NCBI GenBank assembly: GCA_950097015.1
Contig: CATNEN010000003.1
Location: 3,472,001 to 3,536,000 of the forward strand
DNA: 64,000 nt
Reading direction: 5' to 3'
Origin: Macrostomum hystrix
Taxonomy: Eukaryota; Animalia; Platyhelminthes
The notes beneath the pieces were generated by a model, which saw nothing but the letters and a program-made list of their open reading frames with translations, made no database searches and was not told the origin of the DNA. A program made the translations under genes and the position numbers. Positions 12,401 through 24,174 of this stretch are shown one piece after another. Each line of letters starts with the position of its first letter. Within the stretch, counting starts at the first letter, position 1.

Positions 12401-15400
12401 TACTTCTTCTATAGGCTCTATGCGATAAGATCTGCGGTGGTCTTGTCCATGGGTGGGCTAGCACCGACTCTTGACCCTCCTCACACATCTCCCCTGCCTT
12501 ATCTTATCTCCCATTGATTCCCAGTTGTATCTCTCCCCTGTCTCATTCATATCCCGTCTCATCTCTCTCCCTATCTCATCTCTTCCCTGCCCCATCTCTC
12601 CCATCTTATCTAATGTCTCTCCTTAACTCATTTCTCTCCCTTATCTCATCTATCTCCTGTCTCATCTCTTCCCTTTCTCATCTCTTCCCTTTCTCATATC
12701 TGCCCTGTCTCATCTATCTCCTAGTCTCATCTCTCCCCTGTCTTACTTCTCCATTATCTCATCTATACTGTGTCTTATCTCCATGTGAAGCGGTGAAACA
12801 GCCCGTACTTGGCAAGTTGACACAACCGGTTATAAATTATGCCGTACACACAATTTGCATATATGGGTCTATATATGTTTTCTCGTCCTAGTCCTATACC
12901 TCCGTCCCTCCTTCAGCGGTCTCTCACTCTTCCGTTACTAATATTCCTGCTGCTTGCTAAAAGCGTTGTTGCTAAGAAGCGAAACAGTTTTCAGCTCCCT
13001 AACTTTCTCTCCTTATGATATACCTCGTAGCTTTCTTTTCACCGTGTGCCGTCATGTTCTGCTATATAGGTACTTTTTCAAGATTCCTCTTTCAACGTTG
13101 CTTTCTCTCGAGTCCCTATCCCTACCCAATTTACGAGGTGAACTTTTCATTCACTTTCATTTAAATACTAGCCATACCTACCATATTCCGTTCTTTTCTT
13201 TATTTAAGCTGCTATTTAGTTCATCCGCTTAGAAAACTCGCTCCCAATCACCATGGCAACCAGTTATACAATCAAATATTGCCACTCACCCGGCTTTCTT
13301 GGTGAACGCGAATTAGGCGAATCATTGGTCGCAGCCGATGTACCAATTCCTATACTCACGTTGCCATTGGCTGCCCAGAAAATCGAAGGAGGATATTTTG
13401 GCCTCTCTAAACGTCTCCTTTTGATCATCGGCGCATTAGGCGGCCAGTGCTTGCCGCACACACCCATATTGTCTGTGACAATCTGCGTAGAGGAATGGAG
13501 AGACAATTGTTAAAAGTACATTTTTATTGCGCTTTTGACTCTAGCGGCTAGCGCCAAGGTCCCTGAGCTGGAGGCCACATTCAGAAGTTTTGGAGGCTTG
13601 TCGTGCAATTTTCGCCCTTGAGGGCCAACCTCCAAGGCGCAGTTAAAGTGTAACAGCTGCCTGACGATGAGAAAGTCAGGGCAGATGTACACACCTCACA
13701 CCTGTGAGCGTGTGTGCTCAAGAGTGTCACCAAATGATGTGCCATTGCCCGCAGCCCTCCTGTAATTACAATCATTATTATTTATTAGTCTAAAGTTTCT
13801 AGATCAGACAGAATCGGCAAAGATGGATCCGAGCTAAAAGCAGACTTATAAATACAAGAACTCACCGGCAAAACCTTAGGCAGCGCCAGCCTCCACGATT
13901 CCCTCTCGACAGGATCTTTAGGAAACGAATAGACGCTGGTTCGGCTTCCGCGATCATTCTGATAATTGGTGTTGCAGTTAATTACGCTGCACTTTCTTGG
14001 CATTATATATTTTGTATCCGGCTAAGCTTAATTCTAAAATTAAGGCCCTTACAAAATGGCAAAACAGATAGATGCTCTGACTATTATTTAAGTGCTAACT
14101 TAAAGCAGTTCGAAGGGGTTAAAGGGTTTTAAAGGGTTTGACTTTTTGTTTATCAGCAAAAAGCCATAGACTATGTGCCTTGGCCTCACTAAGCTAGTAT
14201 TTACCGAAAGCAAGCGCCCCCGATGCACCCGCCACCCCATGGTTTTTTATCACCCCCGGACTTAATAGATAGGTCTTAGTCTAGCTCCTGAAATTAGAAG
14301 GCCATTTCACTCAGTCTATGGTCTAAGTGTGACAGACTTAACACTCGGGTCGGCCGCAAAGCCAGACGGGCCTAAATAAAAGTGCATGTTAAAACAACGT
14401 TTGTTTTGATATATTTACTAAACACTGTCAATAAGCTAGAAACGTCGTTTATTTGCGAGCCTTGCGAATTAATGCCCCAATTGGGCCAGCCGCCAGTTGT
14501 GCAGCCGAAAGCAGAGCCGCAGCTAGGGGTCCCAATCCCGGGATCCCGGGATCCCGGCTTTTTGTTAGTGTTCGAGATCCCGGGATTAGGGGTCCGGGAT
14601 CCCGGTAAACACGGGATTGGAATTCGCAATTGAAGAGCTGAAGGGACTGGACTCATCCCTGTCCAAGCAACTTGGCCACGCGCTGGAGAGTCGCATCAGC
14701 GAGCGAAGAAGCAGCATCACCATCGCCGTGAATGTCCTATCACGTGGCGGACAGACGAAGACAATCTCCGAGTTCAACGCTGCGAAGTATCTTCTTGTCT
14801 CGATGGCAGACAAGTTGAAATTGGGCGCCAGTCCCAGCAAAGATCCACAGGCAGTTGATTGCGTGGAAATTGGAACCAACAAGGAGATCGTCAGCAGCGC
14901 ACCTCAGGCAACAATGGAGGAACGACTGCGACTGGCGTTGGAGGGCCGGCACTCAGGCCAAGAAGTCCTGCTGGACAGGGCAAATTCCATTGAAGCAAGG
15001 GTTGGGCGTGAGCTGGAATTCCTGCGGGCTACAGGTCAGCGAGGGGAGATGCTACAGCCTACAGCTGCTGTACCGATCACTGATTGCCATTCCAGCAACC
15101 AGTGTCGAAGCTGAGCGTGCCTTTTCCGCTGCAGGCATCCTCCTGACGAAAGTGAGGTCCAAGCTGAGCGACACGACACTCTCCAAGCTTGCCCTGCTGA
15201 GAGCCCACTTTGCTGACCACAAAAAGTAGCTTGCGTGCTGACTGCTATAGTGTCAAATCAAATGTCAATTCTATGTACTTGGAAATGGAAATATGGATGG
15301 AAATATATTGCATCGAATCCATCGATGGAAGGAAGGAATGTGACAATTGTGACAACAAGAAATAAGTGACCAAGGATAAGTGATATGAACTATCTTTAAC

Positions 15401-18400
15401 TCTTTTATCAATGCAGTGTAAGCTGGAAAGTAGAAAGAAACCCAAATGATGCTCAATTGGTTGAGAAATTTGTTTTTTTGGACAATGGAAAGCTTCCGGT
15501 AAATTTTTTTGTTCAATCCCGGGATTGGCCCGGGATCCCGGGATTGGGTCATTTTTTTGTCCGGGATCCCGGGATTGTAAAATGTCCGGGATTTGGGACC
15601 CCTAGCTGGTACCCATTTAGCAGCTGGGTGAATTGAAGCAATACAGAGTTAAGTGTCTTGCTAAATGACACAAATTGTTCCAGTGGAGTCGGGAATCGAA
15701 CCCCCTACCTTTTAGTGATGAACTAGGCTACAACCCCTACTGCCGAATTCGACTGCTGGACTGTAATCTCGGGGAAGTAATTGCATAGAAACTTTACAAT
15801 AATGTCATCACTGTGATCCATCTAATCTATCATACATGTAGCTAGCATACATACATACATTAACTCGTCCTCACTCCTCAGGTTCGTCGCCGATCAACTT
15901 ATCTTCGCCTGTGCGAAGGCGCCCGAATTAAGCGAGCCCTGGCGCACGAAAAGGAGACAAAAGACGGCATGATCAAATCGCTGATGCCCGAGTCTGTTGC
16001 TAAGGCCATCACTCAGGAGGAGGGCGAGGGTGGCGGCAACGAGAACGGTCCCGGGCCGAGCGGCGGTCCCGGCGGAAAATCTGACGCAAAATTTCGCCGC
16101 TTCTACGTTAAACAGCTGCAAAATGTGTCCGTTCTATTCGCCGATATTGTCGGCTTCACTAACATGAGCTCCGGCAAAACTGCTCCGCATTTGGTCTACC
16201 TGCTCAACGATCTCTTTGGCCGATTTGATGACCTGTGCGACAAGTCCGGCTGCGAGAAAATTGCTACTCTTGGCGACTGCTACTACTGCGTTGCCGGCTG
16301 CCCGGAGCCAAAGGTTGACCACGCCGAATGCTGTGTTGAAATGGGCCGTGCCATGGTTGAAGCTATTCGAGAATTCGATAACGACCACGCTGAAGCTGTG
16401 AACATGCGTGTGGGAGTGCACACTGGTATGCATTTTTCTGTGGCATTTTGAAATATGGAATTCGATGGATGGCGATTTCATTATTGTTTTTTGGGATATT
16501 CTTTGGATGAGGATTTTATTTTCTTTTTGGGATATTCAATGATGGGGATTTTTACTATCGTTTTGGGACATTCAATGGATGAGGATTTTTGGTAACTTTT
16601 TGTAATATTCTAAGTATGTCAATGCCAATGGGGATGTTAGTATTGTTTTGGGATATTCGATGAATGGGGATTTTTAGTATCGTTTTGGGATATTCGATGA
16701 ATGGGGATTTTTAGTATCGTTTTTGGTATATTCAATCGTTTCAATCGTTATGGAAAACATATTTTTTGTTTTTGGATTTTTAATGGATGATAGTAGCAAT
16801 AGTACAATAGTAGATTTTATGACACAAATTGTTCCAGTGGAGTCAGGAATCGAACCCCCGACCTTTTAGTGATGAACTAGGCTACAACCCCTACTGCCGA
16901 ATTCGACTGCTGGACTGTAATCTCGGGGAAGTAATTGCATAGAAACCCCTAAGTTTCTACAATAGTACAATAGTAAATAATCGTTTTGGACTATCCAGTT
17001 GTTAGGGATATATAGTTCCTTTTTAGGATCTAAAACGGTAATTTAGTTCTACTTTGCGATATTTCGCGGGTTTTCAAGCTAGGAAAAATCGGATTATTGA
17101 TTCGGGATCAACATGCATTTTACACACGCAAGTCCCTGAAGACATTGTTAACAATAATTTTCGTTGGATTCAATCTATTACTTGGGGTACAAACCGTCAA
17201 GTTAATATCGCACAATCGCTGATTCGCATCAACTCTCCAAGGCACCGTGACCTGCGGTATTGTCGGCAGGATGCGCTTCAAGTTCGACGTCTGGTCTAAC
17301 GACGTCACGCTGGCTAACGAGATGGAAAGCTCCGGCCAGCCAGGCAGGGTGCACATCTCCAACGACACCTACAAGTTTGTTAACAACATCTACAAACTGG
17401 AGGAGGGCGAGGTTGTGCCAGGTGACGTCACCGATCACTTTCCTATTGTTATTGAACTTTATTTCTATTTTTAGAAATAATTTTTTGTCCAAAATTTGCC
17501 TCACAAGCCAAAGAGACACAAAGAGGAGAGATGAGACAGGGAAGAGATGAGACAGGGGAGAGATGAGACAGGGAAGAGATGAGACAGGGAAGAGATGAGA
17601 CAGGGGAGAGATGAGACAGGGAAGAGATGAGACAGGGGAGAGATGAGACAGGGAAGGGATGAGACAGGGGAGAGATGAGACAGGGAAGAGATGAGACAGG
17701 GGAGAGATGAGACAGGGGAGAGATGAGACAGGGAAGAGATGAGACAGGGAAGAGATGAGACAGGGGAGAGATGAGACAGGGGAGAGATGAGACAGGGAAG
17801 AGATAAGACTGGGGAGAGATGAGACAGGGGAGAGATGAGACAGGGAAGAGATAAGACTGGGGAGAGATGAGACAGGGGAGAGATGAGACAAGGAAGAGAT
17901 AAGACAGGGGAGAGATGAGACAGGGATGAGATGAGATAGGGGAGAGATGAGACGGGAGAGATGAGACAGGGGAGAGATGAGACGGGAGAGATGAGACACG
18001 GAGAGATGAGATGAGATAGTGAGATGAGAGATGTGATAGTAGAAGGATCAAATATTGTAGAAAGGTGTTAGAAATGGTCAAGGGGCAGAAGTCAGGAGCT
18101 CAAGGTGTCGATATTCGGCAATCCATGCTTTAAAAAAATCTAATTAAAAACTATAAATTTTTGGTTAGATTTTATATGAACAATTCAATTGCATTAATTT
18201 GGTTTTCTATTGAATCGTTTTTGCACTGTATTCTCATAAACTGTAGCCTCAGAAAATAAAGTGAGCTAAGAGCCTAAAGAATGTTGAGGAAAGAAAAGAG
18301 GAGAGAGAAGGAGAGGCAAAGAGGCTCTGCTTCTAGTATAGATGATTCAATTACTGGAATTCTGAGATATAGCGGTTTGGCAGCACGCTTGAGTACGCTT

Positions 18401-21400
18401 ATATGCGAGATGCCTAGATGGATATACACTTGCCACTCACTCTGTGAACTTCCTATTCATTTATTAGTGGGGTATTATTATTCTTTCTATAAAGCAGCAA
18501 CAGCAGCAGCAGCAGCTGCTGCAGCTGCAACTGGCAGTTTCGTTAGCTTTAGACTACACAGCTGACTGGGTGTTAAATAGAGAAGATAAATAGCTGCAGT
18601 GTGAGGTAAGGTGGTCAGCAGTACCTCTTGAGCTACGGGTGGTTAATAGAAATTTCATATCATGCGCCTGAAGGTGTTCGCTAGAAGTGTCAATTTGAGA
18701 TCGCTTTGCTGCATTTTCTTGTTTTAAAAAGTAGGATTGACAGTTCAAAAACAGAAACATTTTTTAGCTAGGTTCTTTATTGAAAAGTTGCTTTAATTAT
18801 GTGAATTTTCATTTCGCCTAACAGGCCGTATACGGCTTGCAAAGCCTCCTTGGCTCCTACAACACCTGCCCTCCCCTGACCCATCTCTGCCCAGTCTCAT
18901 CTCTCCTGTCTCATCTCTCCTCTGTCCCATCTCTCCTCTGTCTTATCTCTCCTCTGTCTCATCTTTTCGCTGTCGTATCTCTCCTCTGTCTTATCTCTCC
19001 TCTGTCTCATATCTCCCCTGTCTCATCTCTCCTCTGTCTCATCTCTCCTGTCTCATCTCTCCTGTCTCATCTCTCCTCTGTCCCATCTCTCCTCTGTCTC
19101 ATCTCTCCTCTGTCCCATCTCTCCTCTGTCTCATCTTTCCTGTCTCATCTCTCCTCTGTCTCATCTTTTCGCTGTCGTATCTCTCCTCTGTCTTATCTCT
19201 CCTCTGTCTTATCTCTCCTCTGTCTTATCTCTCCTCTGTCTCATCTCTCCCCTGTCTCATCTCTCCTCTGCCTTATCTCTCCCATGTCTTATATCTCCCC
19301 TGTCTCATCTCTCTTTTGCCTTATCTCTCCCCTGTCTCATCTCTCCCCTGTCTCATCTCTCCTCTGTCTTATCTCTCCTCTGTCTCATATCTCCTCTGTC
19401 TCATCTCTCCTCTGTCCCATCTCTCCTCTGTCTCATCTCTCCTCTGTCTCATCTTTTCGCTGTCGTATCTCTCCTCTGTCTCATCTCTCCTCTGCCTTAT
19501 CTCTCCCGTGTCTCATATCTCCCCTGTCTCATCTCTCTTCTGCCTTATCTCTCCCCTGTCGTATCTCTCCTCTGTCTTATCTCTCCCGTGCCTAATCTCT
19601 CCCATGTCTCATCTCCCCCGTGTCTTATCTCTCCTGTCTCATCTGTCTCGTCTTTCCCATGTCTCATCTGTCCGGTGTATCATATATTCACTTCACTTCA
19701 CCTCTTCTCCCTCAATCTGCCCGTTATTGTCTTTAAGACTGTATTCTTCTTACATTTAGCAGGTTTCTACCTGAAATAAATTTAAGCTAAAGTGCTTTTG
19801 CGAAATGAGCCTAGCAATGTCCAGCTATCTAGCCATTGTTGCTCTTGTCATTAGGTTTTCATCATTTCTATTCTCATATTTGAGTCCCTTTGTGAGCATC
19901 TTTTATTTTTCTCTGCCTGCCCAGGTGATGTGCGCTCCATCTATTTAACTTTTTGTTTTATCTATTCATTATTCACGCGTTATAATTTGCGCTTAAGTTA
20001 GAAACAGCTTCAGCTGCACTTCTTTTCTATGTGGGCTGGATTTAATTAAAAGCAAGTCTAGTGACGCGCCTTTTGTGTTTCATTCCCAGTCCTAAATAAG
20101 TTATTACGACAGATTCTTAGAAAAAATGTATGCACTTTTTTATTACTGAATTAGTAGTATCATCAGTTAAAAGAACTAATTCGATAAAAATACCCTTTTT
20201 TAAAAACGAAACACACAGACATTCGAGAGTTGAAAGTTCTGATTGAATACTACGACGAGATTAAGAAAGGCTACGCCATCAAGCACACACAGAATGAGAA
20301 GAGTAAGCATTTTGTAGTTATATTATCGTCCTTAATACATGCGAGAATTAAAAAAACGATTGAAAAATGTTTCTTTTTTTCAAAGCTATAATGACCTACT
20401 TTGTTGTCGAGCGACTTGACGGACGACCGCACATCTCTCTACCAAAGGTTGGCTTTGAACACCGATTTTTTTATTGAATGTATTAAATATCATAACTAAA
20501 TTAACACTTAAAACTCGATTGCAGAAAGAAGTTATCAAGTTTCAAGACTTAAAAACTGTGCCTGCACCACCTGTGGATGTAAGTTGACAATAATTTATAA
20601 TTAGCTTTGTGCAATTCTACTGTTATCAGTTAGTTTATTAAACGGTGTGTAAATGCGCAGGTGCGATAATTAAAGGTACGCCCTGGGTCAATTTAGACAC
20701 TCTTTTATTATCAGTTCATGATGACACCATAAATATATGATGACACCCTTTGTTATCAGTCCGGATGCACTTTTTATTATCAGTGGATGCGCTGTTAATT
20801 AAATGACTTCATAAAATTTTCAAAATGGTGACAACTCCATTTATCAAACAGGGGCACTAATAATATTAATAATAACAATATTTGCAGTAGGTTGTTCGTA
20901 ATGGCACATCATTTGGTCGACCCGTAGCCGGCGAGCGAGAAAATGAGACGTTTCACTATCGAATATGAGACGTTTCACTGTGGAACATGAGACGTTTCAC
21001 TATTGAACATGAGACGTTTCACTGTGGAACATAAGACGTTTCACTATCGAACATGAGACGTTTCACTGTGGAACATGAGACGTTTCACTATCGAACATGA
21101 GACGTTTCACTATCGAACATGAGACGTTTCACTGTGGAACATGAGACGTTTCACTGTGGAACATGAGACGTTTCACTGTGGAACATAAGACGTTTCACTA
21201 TCGAACATGAGACGTTTCACTATCGAACATGAGACGTTTCATTATAGAACATGAAGCTTTTCACTATCGAAGATCAGACGTTTCATTATCGAACATCAGA
21301 CGTTTCATTATCGAACATGAGACGTTACATTGTCGAACATGAGAAGTTTCATTAGACGTTTCATTGTGGAACATGAGACGTTTCATTATCAAACATAAGA

Positions 21401-24174
21401 CGTCTTATTATCGATCATTATCATTTAGTTTTCTTTATCAAATCTCCGATCATTTGACGCCTGGGCATCTCCATTACCCACCAATTACAGCAGGACGATG
21501 TCGCAGTTGAAATTCTTAGTCCCTCGGCTTCGGGTCCAACCGACGAGGAGCTAACAAGAATGATCGGCGCCGAAAATCAAAAGGCCTTCTATTCGCCGCC
21601 TGTGTCCCAGCTGACGTTAAGCTTTCGTGAGGACTCGCTTGAGGCTGCTTATCGCGGCTACGGTGTACAACCGGAAGTGGCCAATCCAATTAGCAACAGC
21701 AACGGCACTAGCAGCGTTGCACCTGCCGCTGCTGCTTTGAGCAATCCGAGAGTATCGCCTCTGATTGACGCCTGCGTCCATCTGGTCCTGCTAATCTTTG
21801 TCGCTGTTGCCGGCTTTCTGGCCGCGCCACTGCCGGCTGGTCAGTTCATTATTATTAAATTAGTTCATCAGTTTATTAAACAATTAGTTTCGTTTAGCAA
21901 GACACTTAACTCCCCTTTACTTAAAGCTTTAAAATTCATTCCAGCATTACGCAGCCACTGGAAGTGGGAATTTTCAGTTATCTAATCAGCGGGGGTTGTA
22001 GTATTGTGGTTAGAGCGTCTGACTAACGACTTGAAGGCCGGGGGTTCGATTCTTGACCACACAGCAACAATATGTGTGTTTAAGCAAGACACTTACTCGT
22101 ACGCTCGTAACTCTGCATTGCTTCAGTTCACGCAACTGTTAGCAGCATTAGCTGGGATAATTGAGGGTAGGTGTGGCGTCCCCCCAGTCCATGGACTGAA
22201 CAGCCTTCAGATGCGGTTGCGCTTATGGCTGTGCAATAGCTGTGGCGCAATCAATTATTAATATATTTTTATTTTATTACCTTTTTTGACTATGAATTTT
22301 TCTATTCTATTTTTAAGAAACTAAAAGGAAAAAAGTTATGACAACTTAAAATAAGCATAATCATTTGAGTCGCACACATTATCCAATTAAGCTTCTCAAA
22401 ATTGACAATGCAGGTATCGCTCTCTGCTGCATCGGAGCCGTAGCCCTAACTCTCTTCCTGCTTGTGTTCCTGCTGAACGTTTGCAGCGGCTGCGCCCAGG
22501 GCCTGTACACCAGCCTGTTCGCCTGGTATCCGCGCAATGTCATCGGAGCCTTCGTCTTGGTGAATAATATAAATTTTCTTGCATTACTACGCTCGTACTA
22601 TAAGTAGAGTAGTTCTCACACGTGTTGTACTTTTGTATGTACTTTTTTCATTTCTATTGTCAGACCATAGATTCATATCGACAAGCGCTGCATTCAAGCT
22701 AGTTTTTTATTTCAATTTACAGTTTACTTTAAAGTCAAGCTACTATAAGTAGTGTTAAGTTAGGTTAAATCTAAAAAACAATTCCGCAGGTGGCTCCAGC
22801 CGCAATCGCCATCGCCAATTTGGCTAGTTGCGCCCCGGCTATTCTAGACAAATCTATCACCCTTCGCGAAGTGTTCCTACTGTCTCTATGTGCCTTCGTT
22901 CTCTTCACATTCTTTTGCTCCTGGACTAAATCTTGCACCGCGGTTGTCGCCGTAGCCGTCGCCATCGCGTTGACATTCGCCAATCCCAGCTGGTGCGTGG
23001 ACAATCGCAATGCAACCGAGCCGCCGGAACTTATTCGCAAAGCGGAATTCACACTGAGCGCTCTGGAGATCCTATTGCTAGTAGTGTTTCTCAACCGTCT
23101 CTACGACATCTCCTTCCGTCAGTCCTTCCACTGCGAGCACCAGGCCGTGCTTGAGAAGCTGCAGATGAGCAAGGAGAAGGAACAGGCCGACTGGCTACTG
23201 CACAACATCATTCCCTACTACATTGAGTCCGAGATGACCGAGAAGAAGACCTATTCTAGAAATCTGAAAAACGTCGGCGTAGTATTCTCAACAATCTACA
23301 ATTTCAGCGAATTCTACGACGAACAATTCCAGGGTGGTACTGAAATGCTGCGCGTTCTCAACGAATACTTCTCAGACATTGAAAGCCTGCTCAGCAAAGA
23401 TGAGTACAAAGACGTGGAAAAGATCAAGACTGTTGGTGCTTGCCTCATGGCCGCCTCCGGACTCAACATGAAGACTAGGAAGAAGAACAGAGATCCCGAC
23501 TGGGACCACCTGTACGCCCTCATGGACTTCTGTCTGGACGTTCTAGAACAGACTAAGGAATTTAATCAGGCTCTGTTTAATTTCGATTTCAAACTAAAGA
23601 TTGGCTACAATATTGGCGAAGTAACTGCTGGTGTTATTGGCTCGACAAAACTGCTGTACGACATCTGGGGTGACACTGTCAACGTCAGCTCGAGAATGTA
23701 CTCGACTGGCGATGTCATGCGCATACAGGTCAGTGCGTCACCGACTATGAGCTGTGTGATCTTCCTGACTCTCTTCTGATCTTCCTGACTCTCTTCTGAT
23801 CTTCTTTACTCTCTTCTGATCTTCCTTACTCTCTTCTGATCTTCCTTACTCTCTTCTGATCTTCCTGACTCTCTTCTGATCTTCCTGACTCTCTTCTGAT
23901 CTTCCTGACTCTTTTTATGGATCTTCTGACTCTCTTCTGGATGTTCGTGAATATTTTGTTGGTATTAACTTTGTAATAACTAAGTAAATGTTCTATGTCC
24001 GATAAAATCAAATTCAACCAAAGCCTATATTCGTCCAAAAACCTTAATCGATATCAGGTAACCAAAGACGTGGCCAGAAAGTTGGAGTCTCGCTACGAAT
24101 TCCTCGACCGTGGCACCACCTACGTTAAGGGCAAAGGCGACGTTGAGACCTGCCTATTGGTTAAGAAGCGATAG
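9412..24174 (+). CDS. ADCY9: Adenylate cyclase type 9 homolog; exons 9412-9954, 10058-10252, 15882-16425, 17242-17421, 20219-20302, 20386-20447, 20525-20578, 21491(or 21494)-21839, 22414-22559, 22790-23728, 24058-24174
   Basis: Two TM clusters. C1a: LFADIVGFT, KIATLGDCYYCV, MRVGVHTG|TVTCGIVG..FKFDVWSNDV. C2a: NFSEFYDEQFQGG, EKIKTVG, YDIWGDTVNVSSRM, VKGKG. SQ|VRRRSTYL and PPVSQLTLSF are AC9-like. All junctions are GT-AG and phase-consistent by hand. Confidence 0.9.
10258..11650. repeat. 23-bp minisatellite (gagctgtctctcatgagatgggt) starting right after the ADCY9 exon 2 donor
   Basis: About 60 units, with variant units recurring in larger blocks. Confidence 0.95.
12480..12785. repeat. Degenerate 16-bp CT-rich satellite (tgtctcatctctcccc family)
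   Basis: Same unit as the arrays at 17520, 18880, 37020 and 63300. Confidence 0.8.
13510..13787 (+). mobile_element. Retroelement 3'-end-like dispersed repeat ending in (TTA)n, copy 1 (homolog 44260-44598)
   Basis: Shared ggtccctgagct, ctgcctgacga.gagaaagtcagggcagatgtacacacct and gtgtcaccaaatgatgtgcc, plus an attattatt tail. Confidence 0.7.
13785..14003 (-). pseudogene. Truncated THAP zinc-finger ORF, probably a P-element/THAP9-like or Harbinger transposon remnant
   Basis: MPRKCSVINC...SVYSFPKDPVERESWRLAL matches the THAP N-terminal pattern (C-x4-C...FP...W). The C-terminal C..HF motif is missing. Confidence 0.7.
14165..14320. mobile_element. Short MITE-like element with imperfect 21-bp TIRs
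   Basis: catagactatgtgccttggcc versus the right-end reverse complement catagactgagtgaaatggcc. No clear TSD. Confidence 0.5.
14524..15604 (+). mobile_element. Internally deleted hAT DNA transposon (1081 bp) retaining a frameshifted C-terminal dimerisation domain
   Basis: TIRs taggggtcccaa / ttgggaccccta; subterminal atcccgggat palindromes at both ends; IPATSVEAERAFSAAG...RSKLSD hATC motif at about 15085-15229. Confidence 0.9.
15605..15737 (-). mobile_element. tRNA-derived CORE-type SINE, 5' part; its 3' part lies at about 14470-14523 on the other side of the hAT
   Basis: Reverse complement reads ggggttgtagcctag...ggttcgattcccg (B box)...gcaagacacttaactctgtattgcttcaattcacccagctgctaaatggg. Confidence 0.8.
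16821..16946. repeat. About 126-bp near-identical duplicate of 15667-15792 (SINE head plus unique flank)
   Basis: gacacaaattgttccagtggagtc...gtaattgcatagaaac occurs on both sides of ADCY9 exon 3. Confidence 0.85.
17520..18030. repeat. 15-16-bp GA-rich satellite (ggagagatgagacagg)
   Basis: Direct tandem array; reverse complement of the tgtctcatctctcccc family. Confidence 0.95.
18880..19670. repeat. 15-16-bp CT-rich satellite (tgtctcatctctcctc)
   Basis: Direct tandem array, inverted relative to 17520-18030. Confidence 0.95.
20940..21410. repeat. 22-bp minisatellite (catgagacgtttcactgtggaa / ...tatcgaa)
   Basis: About 20 units in an ADCY9 intron. Confidence 0.95.
21991..22262 (+). mobile_element. 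tRNA-derived CORE-type SINE, near full length
   Basis: A box tagtattgtggtta, B box ggttcgattctt, CORE-like gcaagacactta...ttgcttcagttcac, 3' part gtgtggcgtccccccagtccatggactgaacagcc and an AT tail. Confidence 0.85.
23757..23940. repeat. 20-bp minisatellite (gatcttcctgactctcttct)
   Basis: About 9 units in the last ADCY9 intron. Confidence 0.9.

Noticed and set aside
21991-22070. Possible tRNA genes (also at 56603 and 58177)
   Set aside because: A and B boxes are present, but there is no proper acceptor stem or cloverleaf, and the sequence continues into the SINE core and tail.
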